From: Toensbergia leucococca
Taxonomy: Eukaryota
Assembly: GCA_022813965.1 (NCBI GenBank)
Contig: JALDZS010000185.1
Location: 1-45,468 of the forward strand
Direction of reading: 5' to 3'
Length of the DNA: 45,468 nucleotides
The notes beneath the pieces were generated by a model. That model saw only the letters and a program-made list of their open reading frames with translations. It ran no database searches and was not told where the DNA came from. A program made the position numbers and the translations under genes. Positions 34,638 through 45,205 of the stretch are shown piece by piece; within the stretch, counting starts at the first letter, position 1; each line of letters starts with the position of its first letter.

Positions 34638-36385
34638 ATGCCCTTGACTAACAATTCACGATATCGCCGTTCGAGACGACCTTCAGTGTCCAAGCAAGCA
34701 GGTTCGGCCTCGGTCCTGTCAGTCCTTTCAGCTACCACCAACAATTCAGCAGGCTCGCATGAGAGCAACAAGACAGTTACACAAGTACGTCTATCGAAAT
34801 CCGAAGCACGTCCATCAAAGAAGGACTCTTCGAAGAAAAAGGTAGCCAAGCCAAGTAGTTCAAAGAGTACTACCGACAAAGGAAGCTCGACCAACGTAAA
34901 AGCCATGGCAAAGGAAGAACTCAATGTCTTTAGCTTTATGGAAGAGGAGGGGGACCAGTCAGATCATAGCGGTGCCGATGAGAAAGAGTATTGCCACGAA
35001 GTCCCGCCTGATCTTTCTGCCAACTTTTGTACTCCAAACATGCGTTCTCCGGTATGAAGACCCCAACTCTTAATGTGACATAACCATGGTCTCTGATAGC
35101 GATACCGATAGATGTGGCATGATGACAGTCTAATGGGAGATCATCTTCACTCGGATTCTGGCATCTCAGTCAGGTCAAGCAGTCCAGACAGAGACTCGCC
35201 TGTACTCCGCAAGTATCCAACCATCCACGAGCTGAGTCACCATGAAGATAGCGAAGATGAGGATTGTCTCGAAGAACATCCTACTTCGGGCTACTTGTCA
35301 AAACCATATGCAGTGCGAAGCTCCATTTCTCATACGAAGGATCTGCAACCTCTGGGAGAGGAGGAGTCTGACTCAAATCCGGAAGCTTATTACGCACCAT
35401 TTACACCCTCATATCTACTCGAAAAGACAACGCAGCATTCGAACGCCGGTACGTCAGAATCACGCAGCCGGAATACGTCCGTTTCATCGACACGAGAGGA
35501 GATAATTCAGCGTCCTAAACCAAAGACCAGACGCAGCCGAGCAGGCTATGATCTCCTAGCGTCCGTCTTGTCTCCTCGAGCCGACGCAGTAATCAAGCCC
35601 ATATATCGTAAATTTGATTCTCTTAATAATCGAATCTTGATGTACTTGCAAGATGAAATTTCAGAAATGGAGGAGAATCTACGGCTACTCGACGACGCCA
35701 TTGCCCAAGAAAATGAAAGGCTAGGCGGCAGGCCTGTATCAAGGCGGGCTGAGGCCAAAGCACCCTCTCAGTTGCAATGGCATCGATTGCAGTTGCTTGG
35801 CAAGAGCTTCGCCAAGGTAGAGCAGTATAGTAAGGAACCTTGGTGTCACACTCTGGCTCTAGGCAGCGTATTGACTGATTGTATCACAGATCGTGCTCTT
35901 ACTTCCTACAGCAACCTCACAAAAAGTCTCGAGCCGGCGTCGTATGCTGATACAGCGGTGTATCGAGATTGGATCGCAGAGCGTGCTCCCATCGTCGAAC
36001 AAGAATCAGCCTTCTTACAAACCGATAAAGATCTCGTGGCTATCACTTGCCAGCCTTCAAAGGAACCTGCATCGGTAGGGAATAACCATAGCAGAAATTT
36101 GGAGACATCCGTCGTCATCGTTGCTTCCGTCCTTGTATCCACCATCATCATCTTCAAGATTGTCCCACATCTGTTTGCAAGATTGATTGTCGGCGCGGTG
36201 ATTGGCATGGCGTCGACATGCATGCTCTCTCCCGCCGTACTGCTCCATCCTCTGAGGCTTGGGGAGTGGAGGAAAGTTATGGCTACGTAAGTCGAGGTGT
36301 TTGACTCTCATTAAGTGATGATGCTGATTTGAGGCAAAATAGATATTCTGCCGTCACAATCATTCTCGCCACGATCGTAAGCTAA
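34638..36385 (+). CDS. DUF6594-family membrane protein with disordered N-terminus; exons 34638-35051, 35112-35829, 35890-36286, 36343-36385
   Basis: GYDLLAS...PIYRKFDSLNNRILMYLQDEISEMEENL, spliced VEQYNRAL, ESAFL...DLV and three C-terminal hydrophobic segments. Confidence 0.85.
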
Positions 36386-37393
36386 GCTGCTTATACTTTC
36401 ATCCATTTCGCGAGATTCTTACGAGGAATTTCGTCTCCGAGCTACCATATAACATATGGTAGCGGGACCTCGATGGGCATTCCAACACAGACGAGCAACG
36501 TGGCGGACATCACAATCCGCCTTCGACTTGGTCAAAAGCCAGCCACATTACCTATCGAACCTCCCACACCAAAATCCTCGTGAATTAACATCAAAAACGA
36601 ACCGTGAGTCGCAAATCCACACCCACCATCTCCACCTTGAAAAGTCGAAAATCAAAGCCATCCTCACTAACAAGGTTCTATACCACCAGCACTCCTCGTC
36701 TCAAAATTTACCCTTCCTACCAAGCTTCCATTCATAGCTATTCCTACGCACACTACGCCACGCCACGCCACCATCACTCTCACCGATCTCCCAAATTCCA
36801 CGCGCAGGAAACCCAATTGATCTCCAATCCGCCCGCCCCCTGTATTAACACTCACCCTACCAACCCAACCAGCCACGACTCGATTTGTGAAACTTCCTCC
36901 ACTACGCACACGCTCTTCGAAGCACGCTCCTCGACCAAGGACGAAATAGACGGCGCAAACAAGATTTCAACATATACCCATGGCACACGAAAGCATGGAC
37001 AAATAATCGAGATTTTCTTCTATTCTACGAGTGAATAGCAATATATATCAATGTTCCGATGTAGTTTAGAATGTAATCTCCTTTCTCCTGCGCAATTTTC
37101 ATTCCAACATATGTTTTTTTAAAGAAAAACTTCACTCCTACAGAATAGACCTTTCATGAATACTAAAGGTTCATCATCTCATCTCAACTATGAGAAGATT
37201 TTCGTACTTGGATTACTCATATTTAATCCTTCCTGCTGTTCTGCGCAATCCAAAAACAAAACATACAAAACGTTTCCCCCCCCACCCAAGTATGCTGTAT
37301 ATCCTTAAAGTCGCCCATGTACCCAAATGACTCAACCTATCAAAGATCACCAAATACCTACATCTCCTCCCGACAAAGACAAACCCTCCCTCC

Positions 37394-38929
37394 TCAAGTT
37401 GCTGACCACGAAATCGTCAACGACGTTGCCTCCTTGCTCGTATACACCGTCTCCTGCGTCGACCCACTCGCAATAGCAGTAGCATAAAATGTAGTCCCGC
37501 TGCTCGAAGCAATGAGATTGCCCGATTGCTATACACACCCATTAGCCCTTCTACACATGAAAAGGTAGATAGCTTCTCCACCCAAAAAGGGCGTAAGTGG
37601 GAAAAGGGCACACGTACGGTAAAGACAGTGGGGCTGGAGATACTCGAGGCGCAGCTGAGCGCGTTGCTGACGATGGCGCAGGCGCCCTTGCTGGACGTGA
37701 GCGTGAAGCCCGAGCCTGAGGGCGTGGCGGTGAAGGTTGCGCATGTGCCGGTTGTGTACCATGTGCCTGCACTAATGATACAGCCGTCTGCGGCGCCGCC
37801 GGTTGAGACTTCCAGGTAGCCTTTGCCGCTGATGGGGGTGCCGGTCGCCGTTGAGGAGGGAGAGGTTGTGGTGGTGGTGGTAGTTTTGGAGGTGGTGGTG
37901 GTCTTTGATGTGGAGGATGTGCTAGAAGTAGGTTCTGTGCTAAGATTTTTGGGGATGTATTGGATTCCGGTTGCGGGGCAGTCGGATGTTTCGCCCACTG
38001 TTGGAGGGAAAGAGAAACGGTGTTAGCGGTGTATGGTAACGGTGGATTTTCTTTTTGGGAAGTAGTGTGTACCTGGTGTTTCGGCGACAAATTGCCCGGT
38101 CTGCACGCTGCCGGCTACGTTGAAGAAGTAATAGATCTCGTCGAGGGCGTTACTACTGCATTGGATGCTGGCGGTAACCCCGCGGGGTGTTTTGAGGGCG
38201 GCATTTATTGCAGCGGCCGTGTAGGTTTTTGTTGTTGAGGGGACAATACCGGCGGCGGCGAGAAACTTTGTGGCTTGGGTTAGCATATGAGTATCAGGGG
38301 AGCTGTCAAAGGGAGATTACAGAGTAAGAGTCTAGTCCCATGAAGAGGTTTACGGTGGTATTGAAGAAGTCGACAACCTCTTCTTGGGGTTGGTAGTTGG
38401 TGTAGCAGTCTGTTTCTAGAGTACTGATGCATGTGCCGTGCTTGCCCCATTCGTGTTCCCAAAATGTCTCGTCGTCGCCACCCTGGTCTTTCCAATATGT
38501 GTCCATGTAGCTAAGTAAGCTCGTGGCGCCATATGATTGAAGGATGGCGGTGATGTTGGTATACTCTCGGCTTGGGTCGCAGTATTGATCAAAGGTGCCA
38601 TCGCAATGATCGGGCCTGTTCGGTATCAGCTTGAGGTCTCAAGTAGGAATAGGATAGGGTTTCACATACCACAAGCCATGCACAGTCCAGTGGTCTGCGG
38701 GTCCTGTAGCTGGATCTGAGTCCCAGAACTGGGTTTGCATTAGCTGACCGCCAGGGGCATTGAAGCAGCATGTATTGGCCACGGCAGAGGTATTATGGCA
38801 GCTCAATTGGGGGTTGGGACAGTAAGGCGGAGAGCCAGCGTCAACAGTAGTACTTGAAGAGAGAAGAGCAACTTGAGCAGAGGTGAAGAGGACAGACAAC
38901 GAGCGAAGAGAAGACAGTAAGGAAGGCAT
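37394..38929 (-). CDS. Secreted ribonuclease T2 (Rny1-like) with Ser/Thr linker and C-terminal extension; 5 exons
   Basis: Signal peptide, TCCFNAPGG, CAS I WTVHGLWPD (spliced), CAS II FWEHEWGKHGTC, LAAAGIVPS, poly-Thr linker, GCIISAGTWY. Four canonical introns. Confidence 0.95.
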
Positions 38930-40059
38930 GTTGCCGACTAGGAATTGAGAAAGGGATGCATTTCGAGGCAAGAGAAAGGTATGGCTCAATATGCTGTATC
39001 CATGGTCTCGGAGGAGATGGTCCATTGCTGATACTACTGCTGCTGGCACGGGTTTGGTTAACGGTGTTTGGTAAGAAGCAAAATCTCTCGGTCTTCATGA
39101 TGGTAGCATGGTTTCATCCACCCTCCACCGTCATTGGATGTAAGTGGCGAGGAGCTACCATGGTAGGCCTATCAGAGGTGTGGAATGAAACATTCTGTCG
39201 CATGAGCGGACATGGTACCTTACAGAAAGCAGGAATGCCACTGCGAATGTCGGGCATCGTCCCAAAGCATCATGGCCGTCCCATGGTGATAATCAGGCTA
39301 TGATTGCGTACCTTACCTGATTAGTTAGGTTAATTATGGCGGGCATGTAGCACGGGTACCTTGCTGTATTCATCATAGGCTGTCTTAAGCTACATTAGCT
39401 CGGCTTTGCAACCCCGAAGTCCAGTTAGGTAGCCCCTAGTGCCCCTGTACCTTGCCCTGTGCCTTATCTCCTTGTTAAACAAGTTTCTTCCCAGCTCCCA
39501 TTTTATTTTCCACCGTTCTACCTGCCTATTTGAACCTCATCACGCGTCCAAATCATCTTCTTTCTCGCAGTACCTAGATGTGATAGCCATCTAGCCTCTA
39601 GGATTCTTCTCAATCTGCCATATCTATGACCATTTGACTACCACCATTCCCTTTCATGTATACCTAGAAAGTATCAGACTGTTTCTGCCATTGTCGTATC
39701 AACTTACCTCTATGAGCATTGTTTGTCGTCAGCTTTACCTTGTACAAGCTATGCAAAGTCTGAACACAATGCATTGAAATCATGAAAGCAATCTTGACAA
39801 AGGACTAGATTTAGCCATGTCATTTCATTCTTCTTCTTCATTGTTCAATACTATGACTTTGATACCGTGAGTGTTATCTTGCGCCTCTCAAAGGTGGGAT
39901 ATGTATTATAAAATAGATACATAGTACTCTACATTTCTTCTTGCATCTCGATACACGCATATACTTCTTCATTACAGATTCCGTTCGCCTCATAAGGTAC
40001 ATCATCTTATACCGATTCTGCTCACAAAACACTACATCTTCTTCGCCATTTGGGAACTC

Positions 40060-41703
40060 ATGGCTAAGTGTTCTCCTCTCGGACGCGGAGAAAAGCGACT
40101 CTTGACTGCTCTCACCGAACTCCAAGATAAAACATCCCCAGCCTTTGGAGGTTCAGACGAGAGGGACCACCCAGCCCAGTCCAATAATCGAACTTGTGAT
40201 GGAGACCCAGTTAATTCTGAGCATGCAATCGACTCACTGCCGACAAAATACATCTGCGCTGAGTGCGGAAAAAGTCATGAATCCGGTAATGACCTTGTCG
40301 ACCACTACATCAAGCATCACTCCTGGAAGCCTATCACTTGCCCATACGACGGTTGTGGGAGACGCTTCCGATTTGCACAAGGTCTGCCATTACACTACAG
40401 TAGATGCCATAGCACGGCAGAAATACTTTCACAGCAAAGCTCAACAGAAAAATGTCTCCAAAAATACAAGTGCAATGATTGCAAAAAGCAATACTTGAAA
40501 GAAAATCATCTTGCAGCACATCATCGATTAGCTCACCAACCAAACCGATGGGCTAACGTGGATCCAGATATCCAATGTGATGATTGCATTCCATCATCTC
40601 AGCCAACAGGTGATACTCAGACCCAAAAGAAAAGAATCGGACTAGCAAGAGACGAGGAAATGAAAGATGCTGATCCAGCGGGGGACGAGGTGATCAGTGA
40701 TCACGAAGAGGACAAGCCTAACGAGGAAGAAAAGTATTGTATCCATGTCACAGACAGCGGTAAAGTTATCATCAAAGGATTCAATGATGATGAGCTCGAG
40801 GACAATGAGCTTCTTCAGGCCGATGCTCGCGAGGAAGCCGTGTTCTCGTGGATTGAAGATGTCGGCTTTCTGCTACCTCGTCGCGATCCAATACTGACTT
40901 TATTGGAAGAACCCGTGCTAACGGTAGACGAGGAGTACTACAATTATCCAGAGCTTGCAGCTTTAGAGATTGAAGAAAGACCGCTCTGGGACGCCGATGA
41001 AGATGTGGTACAGAAGTTTGCTCATCAATCTCTAGGTCCCCGGATATCCCAATCCATCATTGATCTTCTTGGAGTGAACACGGTCGTATCAGTTCACGAG
41101 ATACATGATTTATGGTTTGATGCTATGACTAAAGAGCAGCGAATTCAGATCCACCTACATCTCTACGAAATCGATGTCCTTGCAGACGCAGAGGCCATTT
41201 ACTCCTCTCTCCGATCCAGCGTACTTACACCAATCATACAAGCTTGGGCCGCATTCAAGATTCTAGCAACGCACCTACCGCCACGACTACGTGCTTCGCC
41301 TCATTCTTGGGCACGACACATTCTCTTGTCCGTTTTGCGCTACTGCCAAGATCTCGAAGAGTTACGCGATCGCGGTTTCTGTGACCAAAACACTCCCAAT
41401 CTGGAGCATATACCCTTTATACTGCTGGTACCACCAAAGCGGGAGTTTCATCATTACACTCCTATCCCTCAACTGCTCGACGGATTGGCTGACCGGATTA
41501 GTTGCAAAGTAAACCATGATCAATTGTTGCAGCTTACGTGCTCCATGGCTCTCTACGGAATGATCGATTATGTTCATTTATTGAGGACCCAGGTTAAGAT
41601 GCTATATTCCGATGAGATCCAGAGTACGAAGGAATGGAGAGCCACGTTTGGTGAGCCGGTGCCAGATGGATGGGTCGAGGATTGGAGTACCACGGCTGCC
41701 TAG
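40060..41703 (+). CDS. C2H2 zinc-finger protein (3 fingers) with acidic linker and unrecognised helical C-terminal domain
   Basis: CAECGKSHESGNDLVDHYIKHH, CPYDGCGRRFRFAQGLPLHYSRCH, CNDCKKQYLKENHLAAHHRLAH in a 547-aa ORF. A possible upstream exon (ATG near 39818, intron ~39867-39977) is in frame. Confidence 0.8.
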   Translation: MAKCSPLGRGEKRLLTALTELQDKTSPAFGGSDERDHPAQSNNRTCDGDPVNSEHAIDSLPTKYICAECGKSHESGNDLVDHYIKHHSWKPITCPYDGCGRRFRFAQGLPLHYSRCHSTAEILSQQSSTEKCLQKYKCNDCKKQYLKENHLAAHHRLAHQPNRWANVDPDIQCDDCIPSSQPTGDTQTQKKRIGLARDEEMKDADPAGDEVISDHEEDKPNEEEKYCIHVTDSGKVIIKGFNDDELEDNELLQADAREEAVFSWIEDVGFLLPRRDPILTLLEEPVLTVDEEYYNYPELAALEIEERPLWDADEDVVQKFAHQSLGPRISQSIIDLLGVNTVVSVHEIHDLWFDAMTKEQRIQIHLHLYEIDVLADAEAIYSSLRSSVLTPIIQAWAAFKILATHLPPRLRASPHSWARHILLSVLRYCQDLEELRDRGFCDQNTPNLEHIPFILLVPPKREFHHYTPIPQLLDGLADRISCKVNHDQLLQLTCSMALYGMIDYVHLLRTQVKMLYSDEIQSTKEWRATFGEPVPDGWVEDWSTTAA

Positions 41704-42485
41704 CAGTAAGTTTCTATCTCTTCTGTAATCTTTGTGCTATTCCTGTTTTGCAGTTTTTGTTCTGTACCTCTTCTTTGTGATCCGAAACAATGTATGTACC
41801 TGCTTTTCTTGTTTTCGTTCTCACCTGGTCCTAATGTTTACTTTCCATTTAATGAATTTGATCAAATAATCCACTGTCCAAAACTTTTCTTGCAATCCCA
41901 GACGTAATTGAAGTCATCAATGAATCTATATGTTGCAATAGATAAGACTCCTTGTTCGCCTCGGTGCTGAGAATTCTTGCTCATGTGCCTGACCTTGATC
42001 TTCTCCGAAACCTAATAAAGTCAGAAGAACGCACTTGTACCTCTTGACCCCAATCAACATTCACGCACGTTGGAGGTCAATCAAAGCTCAATTTCATTTG
42101 TGCTTCACTTGGTTCTCTCTCTGCCCTGATCCCAATATCCTCCGTAATCGAAAATATCCCCTGACAATACTAAGATCTCGGATAAAATTAGACAAAAACT
42201 GACCGCTTCTTTGTTTCAAATTATCATTGCTAATTTGCTACATTGTCCTATCTTCTTTGAACAAGCTCAATAACATTGTTCTTTCTCTATGAAAAAAACT
42301 ACACCAAGTTTCAGCTTAGTACAAGAGAAGAAGAAGATCAATTCTCTCCCTTCCTCCTCTCTCTGATCTTTTCTTCCTCACTAAGCTCTCCGATTTTCAA
42401 CAACCACTCAAAATCCTCTTCATTCATCGAGTCACCGAGCCACCACAAAAAGCCCCCTCAGCAGCCACCCCACCAGGAGAAAGAC

Positions 42486-42650
42486 ATGTGCCTCCAACTC
42501 AACACAGACTACTGGCCTAAATGCGGCCACACGACCAGAGAAACAGTACACACTACGTCCCAGTGCCCAGTGTACCCTGAATGCTGTTCTGTCACACCCG
42601 CTGTTTCTTACCGGGGTTGGTGCCCGACTTGTGCTAGCTATTGGGGCTGA
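42486..42650 (+). CDS. 54-aa Cys-rich microprotein (MC...CGH...C...CC...CPTC), putative metal-binding
   Basis: MCLQLNTDYWPKCGHTTRETVHTTSQCPVYPECCSVTPAVSYRGWCPTCASYWG*. Seven Cys plus His in a layout that recurs among small Pezizomycotina proteins, with a good start context (GACATG) and a pyrimidine-rich leader. Confidence 0.65.
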   Translation: MCLQLNTDYWPKCGHTTRETVHTTSQCPVYPECCSVTPAVSYRGWCPTCASYWG

Positions 42651-42894
42651 GGACTTCGGGTGTTGAAGGGATGGATGGGTTGAGTGTATTGGGTGCGTTG
42701 TCCCTCGTAGATTTTGGGGGAAAGAGTGTCAGGCGCAAGGCTAGAACGGCGAGACAGTTTTAGGGCTTATTATGTAATTAGCGTACTCATTCTTATTTCA
42801 GACAACCGCATCCTAAAAAGGATTCTCTTTGATCTTGTTGGGTGTCTTGTTATCACAGCAAAGCTCATATCATAGTCCTTGCTTGTAGAACAGC

Positions 42895-43023
42895 ATGGCA
42901 GAACTTGGTGTTGCCGGGAGCGCCGTGGGGGTCATATCTCTTGGTCTATCCATTATGACATGACTGTAAATCTACGGCATTTTGCAGCTGCAACTCCCTA
43001 CTTCAGATCACCTCCCCAATTAG
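42895..43023 (+). pseudogene. Truncated fungal STAND/NLR N-terminal domain (HeLo-like/SesA-type) remnant
   Basis: Reads MAELGVAGSAVGVISLGLSIMT*L*IYG. The first ~18 aa closely match the typical N-terminal helix (xxLxxAGSAVGVISLGIQ) of fungal HeLo-like/SesA domains, with stops at 42961 and 42967. Confidence 0.6.
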
Positions 43024-43334
43024 CTTTCCTTGTGACATTTCTCTTAGGCATCTGCTTTTTCAACAGCGTTCCCTTTGATGTGAAGAATATGCACCGTAAA
43101 TTCCGACTTTCAACTAGGTGCTAAATCAAATGTTCTCACTGGGTTTGGCATACCTTAACAACCTGAAGGTGACTAAGGATACCTTAGACTTCACACGTCA
43201 TGAAGATTCACATGTAAAGTATGAGGCTTATGTGTTGACCGTTCTTCACTTAGATATCTTACCTTGAGACTCTCTACCTACTTCTACTTCCTCGGCCACT
43301 TACTTCTTCACACTTCTCAACTTCCACACCTTCA

Positions 43335-43381
43335 GTCATCCATATCTTCCGTCATCCACATCTTCCGTCATCCACTTCTTC
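43335..43381. repeat. 16-bp tandem repeat (GTCATCCAYATCTTCC) x3, third copy degenerate, in the leader of the HNH gene
   Basis: Read directly from the sequence, and followed by repeated ACTTCTTCAG units. Confidence 0.85.
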
Positions 43382-43505
43382 AGACTTCTTCAGTCCTACT
43401 TCTTCAGCTCTTCAACATCAGGTCTCACTACTTCATAAGTCTCACGACTTCGGCCCCCCACTATTAAGTCTTCGTCTTAGATTCTCTCAGCTTCTCGCGA
43501 AAACC

Positions 43506-44845
43506 ATGTCTGGTCCTGAGATCCCAGAGCGTCACTCGTCCCTTTTTTCTAGATCGCGCCGAAATCGCCTCGATGACATCTTGAAACGCAAGACCAGCGT
43601 TGCTTCAATGGCATCATCCACGTCTTCAATCTCTGACTTCGTTGGCTCAAAGATCGACGACGTAAGCCTCAATATCGAGTATGCCGATGAGATGCGCAAA
43701 GGTTTGAAAGAAGCCCTTGAAGATGGAAACCTCCATGCTCAACAGTACAAGGAGGCCATTGAGGATGTAGAAAAGTACAAGAAGCCGAAGGGGCGAGAGA
43801 TTGTCATATTGAAGAGGCAGAAGAAGTTGATCAAGGATGATCTGGACGAAGCTTTGCCCTTGCACACAAAGCTTGAGGATGCCTATGCAAATATTCTCAT
43901 GAACAAGGTAATGGCAGCAACTGCCAAGTCGAAGAAGAACAAATACGACCAGAGTGTATTCAAGAAATTGGTATTTGCCTATTATGGAGCTGAAAGAGAC
44001 TCTCTAGATGATGGCAAGATAGACGAGTCATGGTGTCACCTCACGGGGTGGCACCCTGCTAGAAATATCAAGACCGCACATATTGTGCCAAAGTCACTAG
44101 AATCAAGCGAGCTCTCCTACCTTTTTGGGGCGGGCGAGGTAATGCTGAGTGATGTCACAAATGGTATTGTAGTCAGGACTATTCCAGGTATGCAGCAACT
44201 AACAAGAAAGTAGGATTGACATTACATGACAACATTGAAGAAGCTCTTGACTCTGGAGCGATTGTCCTCATTCCTCTGCCTCCTGTGAAAGGTGAGTCCA
44301 CCAAATGGAAATGTGTGCTAACAGACAAAGGAATCAAGAACAGAACGCTATTTTCTGTGATGAAATGGAAGGTAATTGCTCCCTACACTCCGTCTATTAA
44401 CCAAATACGAGTCTAATGAAGATAGGACATCGATGGCAGACAGTTGGAATTTTTAACTGCGAATCGCCCGGCACGTCGATACCTTTACTTCCGCTACATC
44501 ATCACGTATCTTCAGCATAAAAAGGCGGGAACGTTGGAAGGTTGGGTGAAAGACGTTGAAGTGAAAGGGACCATGTGGGCCACTCCGGGGCCGTACCTTC
44601 GGCAGTCAATGCTCCTAACCCTGGCAAGACGGGTCTCCGACCACATCCTCCCGAAAGCGCTCTATGAGCAGACCACATTCGAGGAAGTCGAAGAAGACGA
44701 GTCGGTTGCGCGACCAAAGGAGGAGGACGGGATGGTGGCTGCGCTGGCACTAGCATTGGAGGAGGAGAAGGAGGCGGTGGTGGAGAAGCGGAGGAGGATG
44801 GAAGAGAGAGAAAGCGATAGCGACGATGACGATGATGACGAGTAG
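43506..44845 (+). CDS. HNH endonuclease (HNH_2-type) with N-terminal coiled-coil and acidic tail; exons 43506-44163, 44214-44371, 44426-44845
   Basis: WCHLTG...TAHIVPKSL...SYLFG...NG|LTLHDNIEEALDSGAIVLIP...WK|DIDGRQLEF...RPARRYLYFRY. Both introns are GT..AG and restore a continuous frame. Confidence 0.88.
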
Positions 44846-45056
44846 TATTAATTTGCTTTTTCACATTACATAAAATGTTTTGGCCATTCTGCAAATGTCT
44901 TTTTTCATACCAAGATGGGGAATGCGTGACGTTGAACTGTGCAGGTTTGACGGATTTTTTTTTGCATCTGAAGCCTGTCATACAACAAATGCCCCCTTTT
45001 CTCTCATTTTGTCATTTTGATGAATGTGATAGTGTTTAGTGATGTGTTAACCTTTT

Positions 45057-45205
45057 ATGACTCTGCATCATTATCATCATTATTATCATCATCTTCTTCT
45101 TCTTCTTCTCCTCCTCTTTTTTGATGAGTTTAGTTTCTTTAATAAATTTGNNNNNNNNNTCTCTCTCTCTTGCTTCTATTATTATAATGTTAAATCTTTG
45201 AATAA
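45057..45205. repeat. AT-rich trinucleotide/dinucleotide microsatellite patch with an assembly gap (N at 45151-45159)
   Basis: (ATC/ATT)n, (CTT)n and (CT)n runs flank nine Ns. Confidence 0.8.

Noticed and set aside
36456..37038. ORFs between the convergent DUF6594 and RNase T2 genes
   Set aside because: Low-complexity His/Ser/Thr/Pro translations explained by C-rich skew, with no splice-consistent model or motif.
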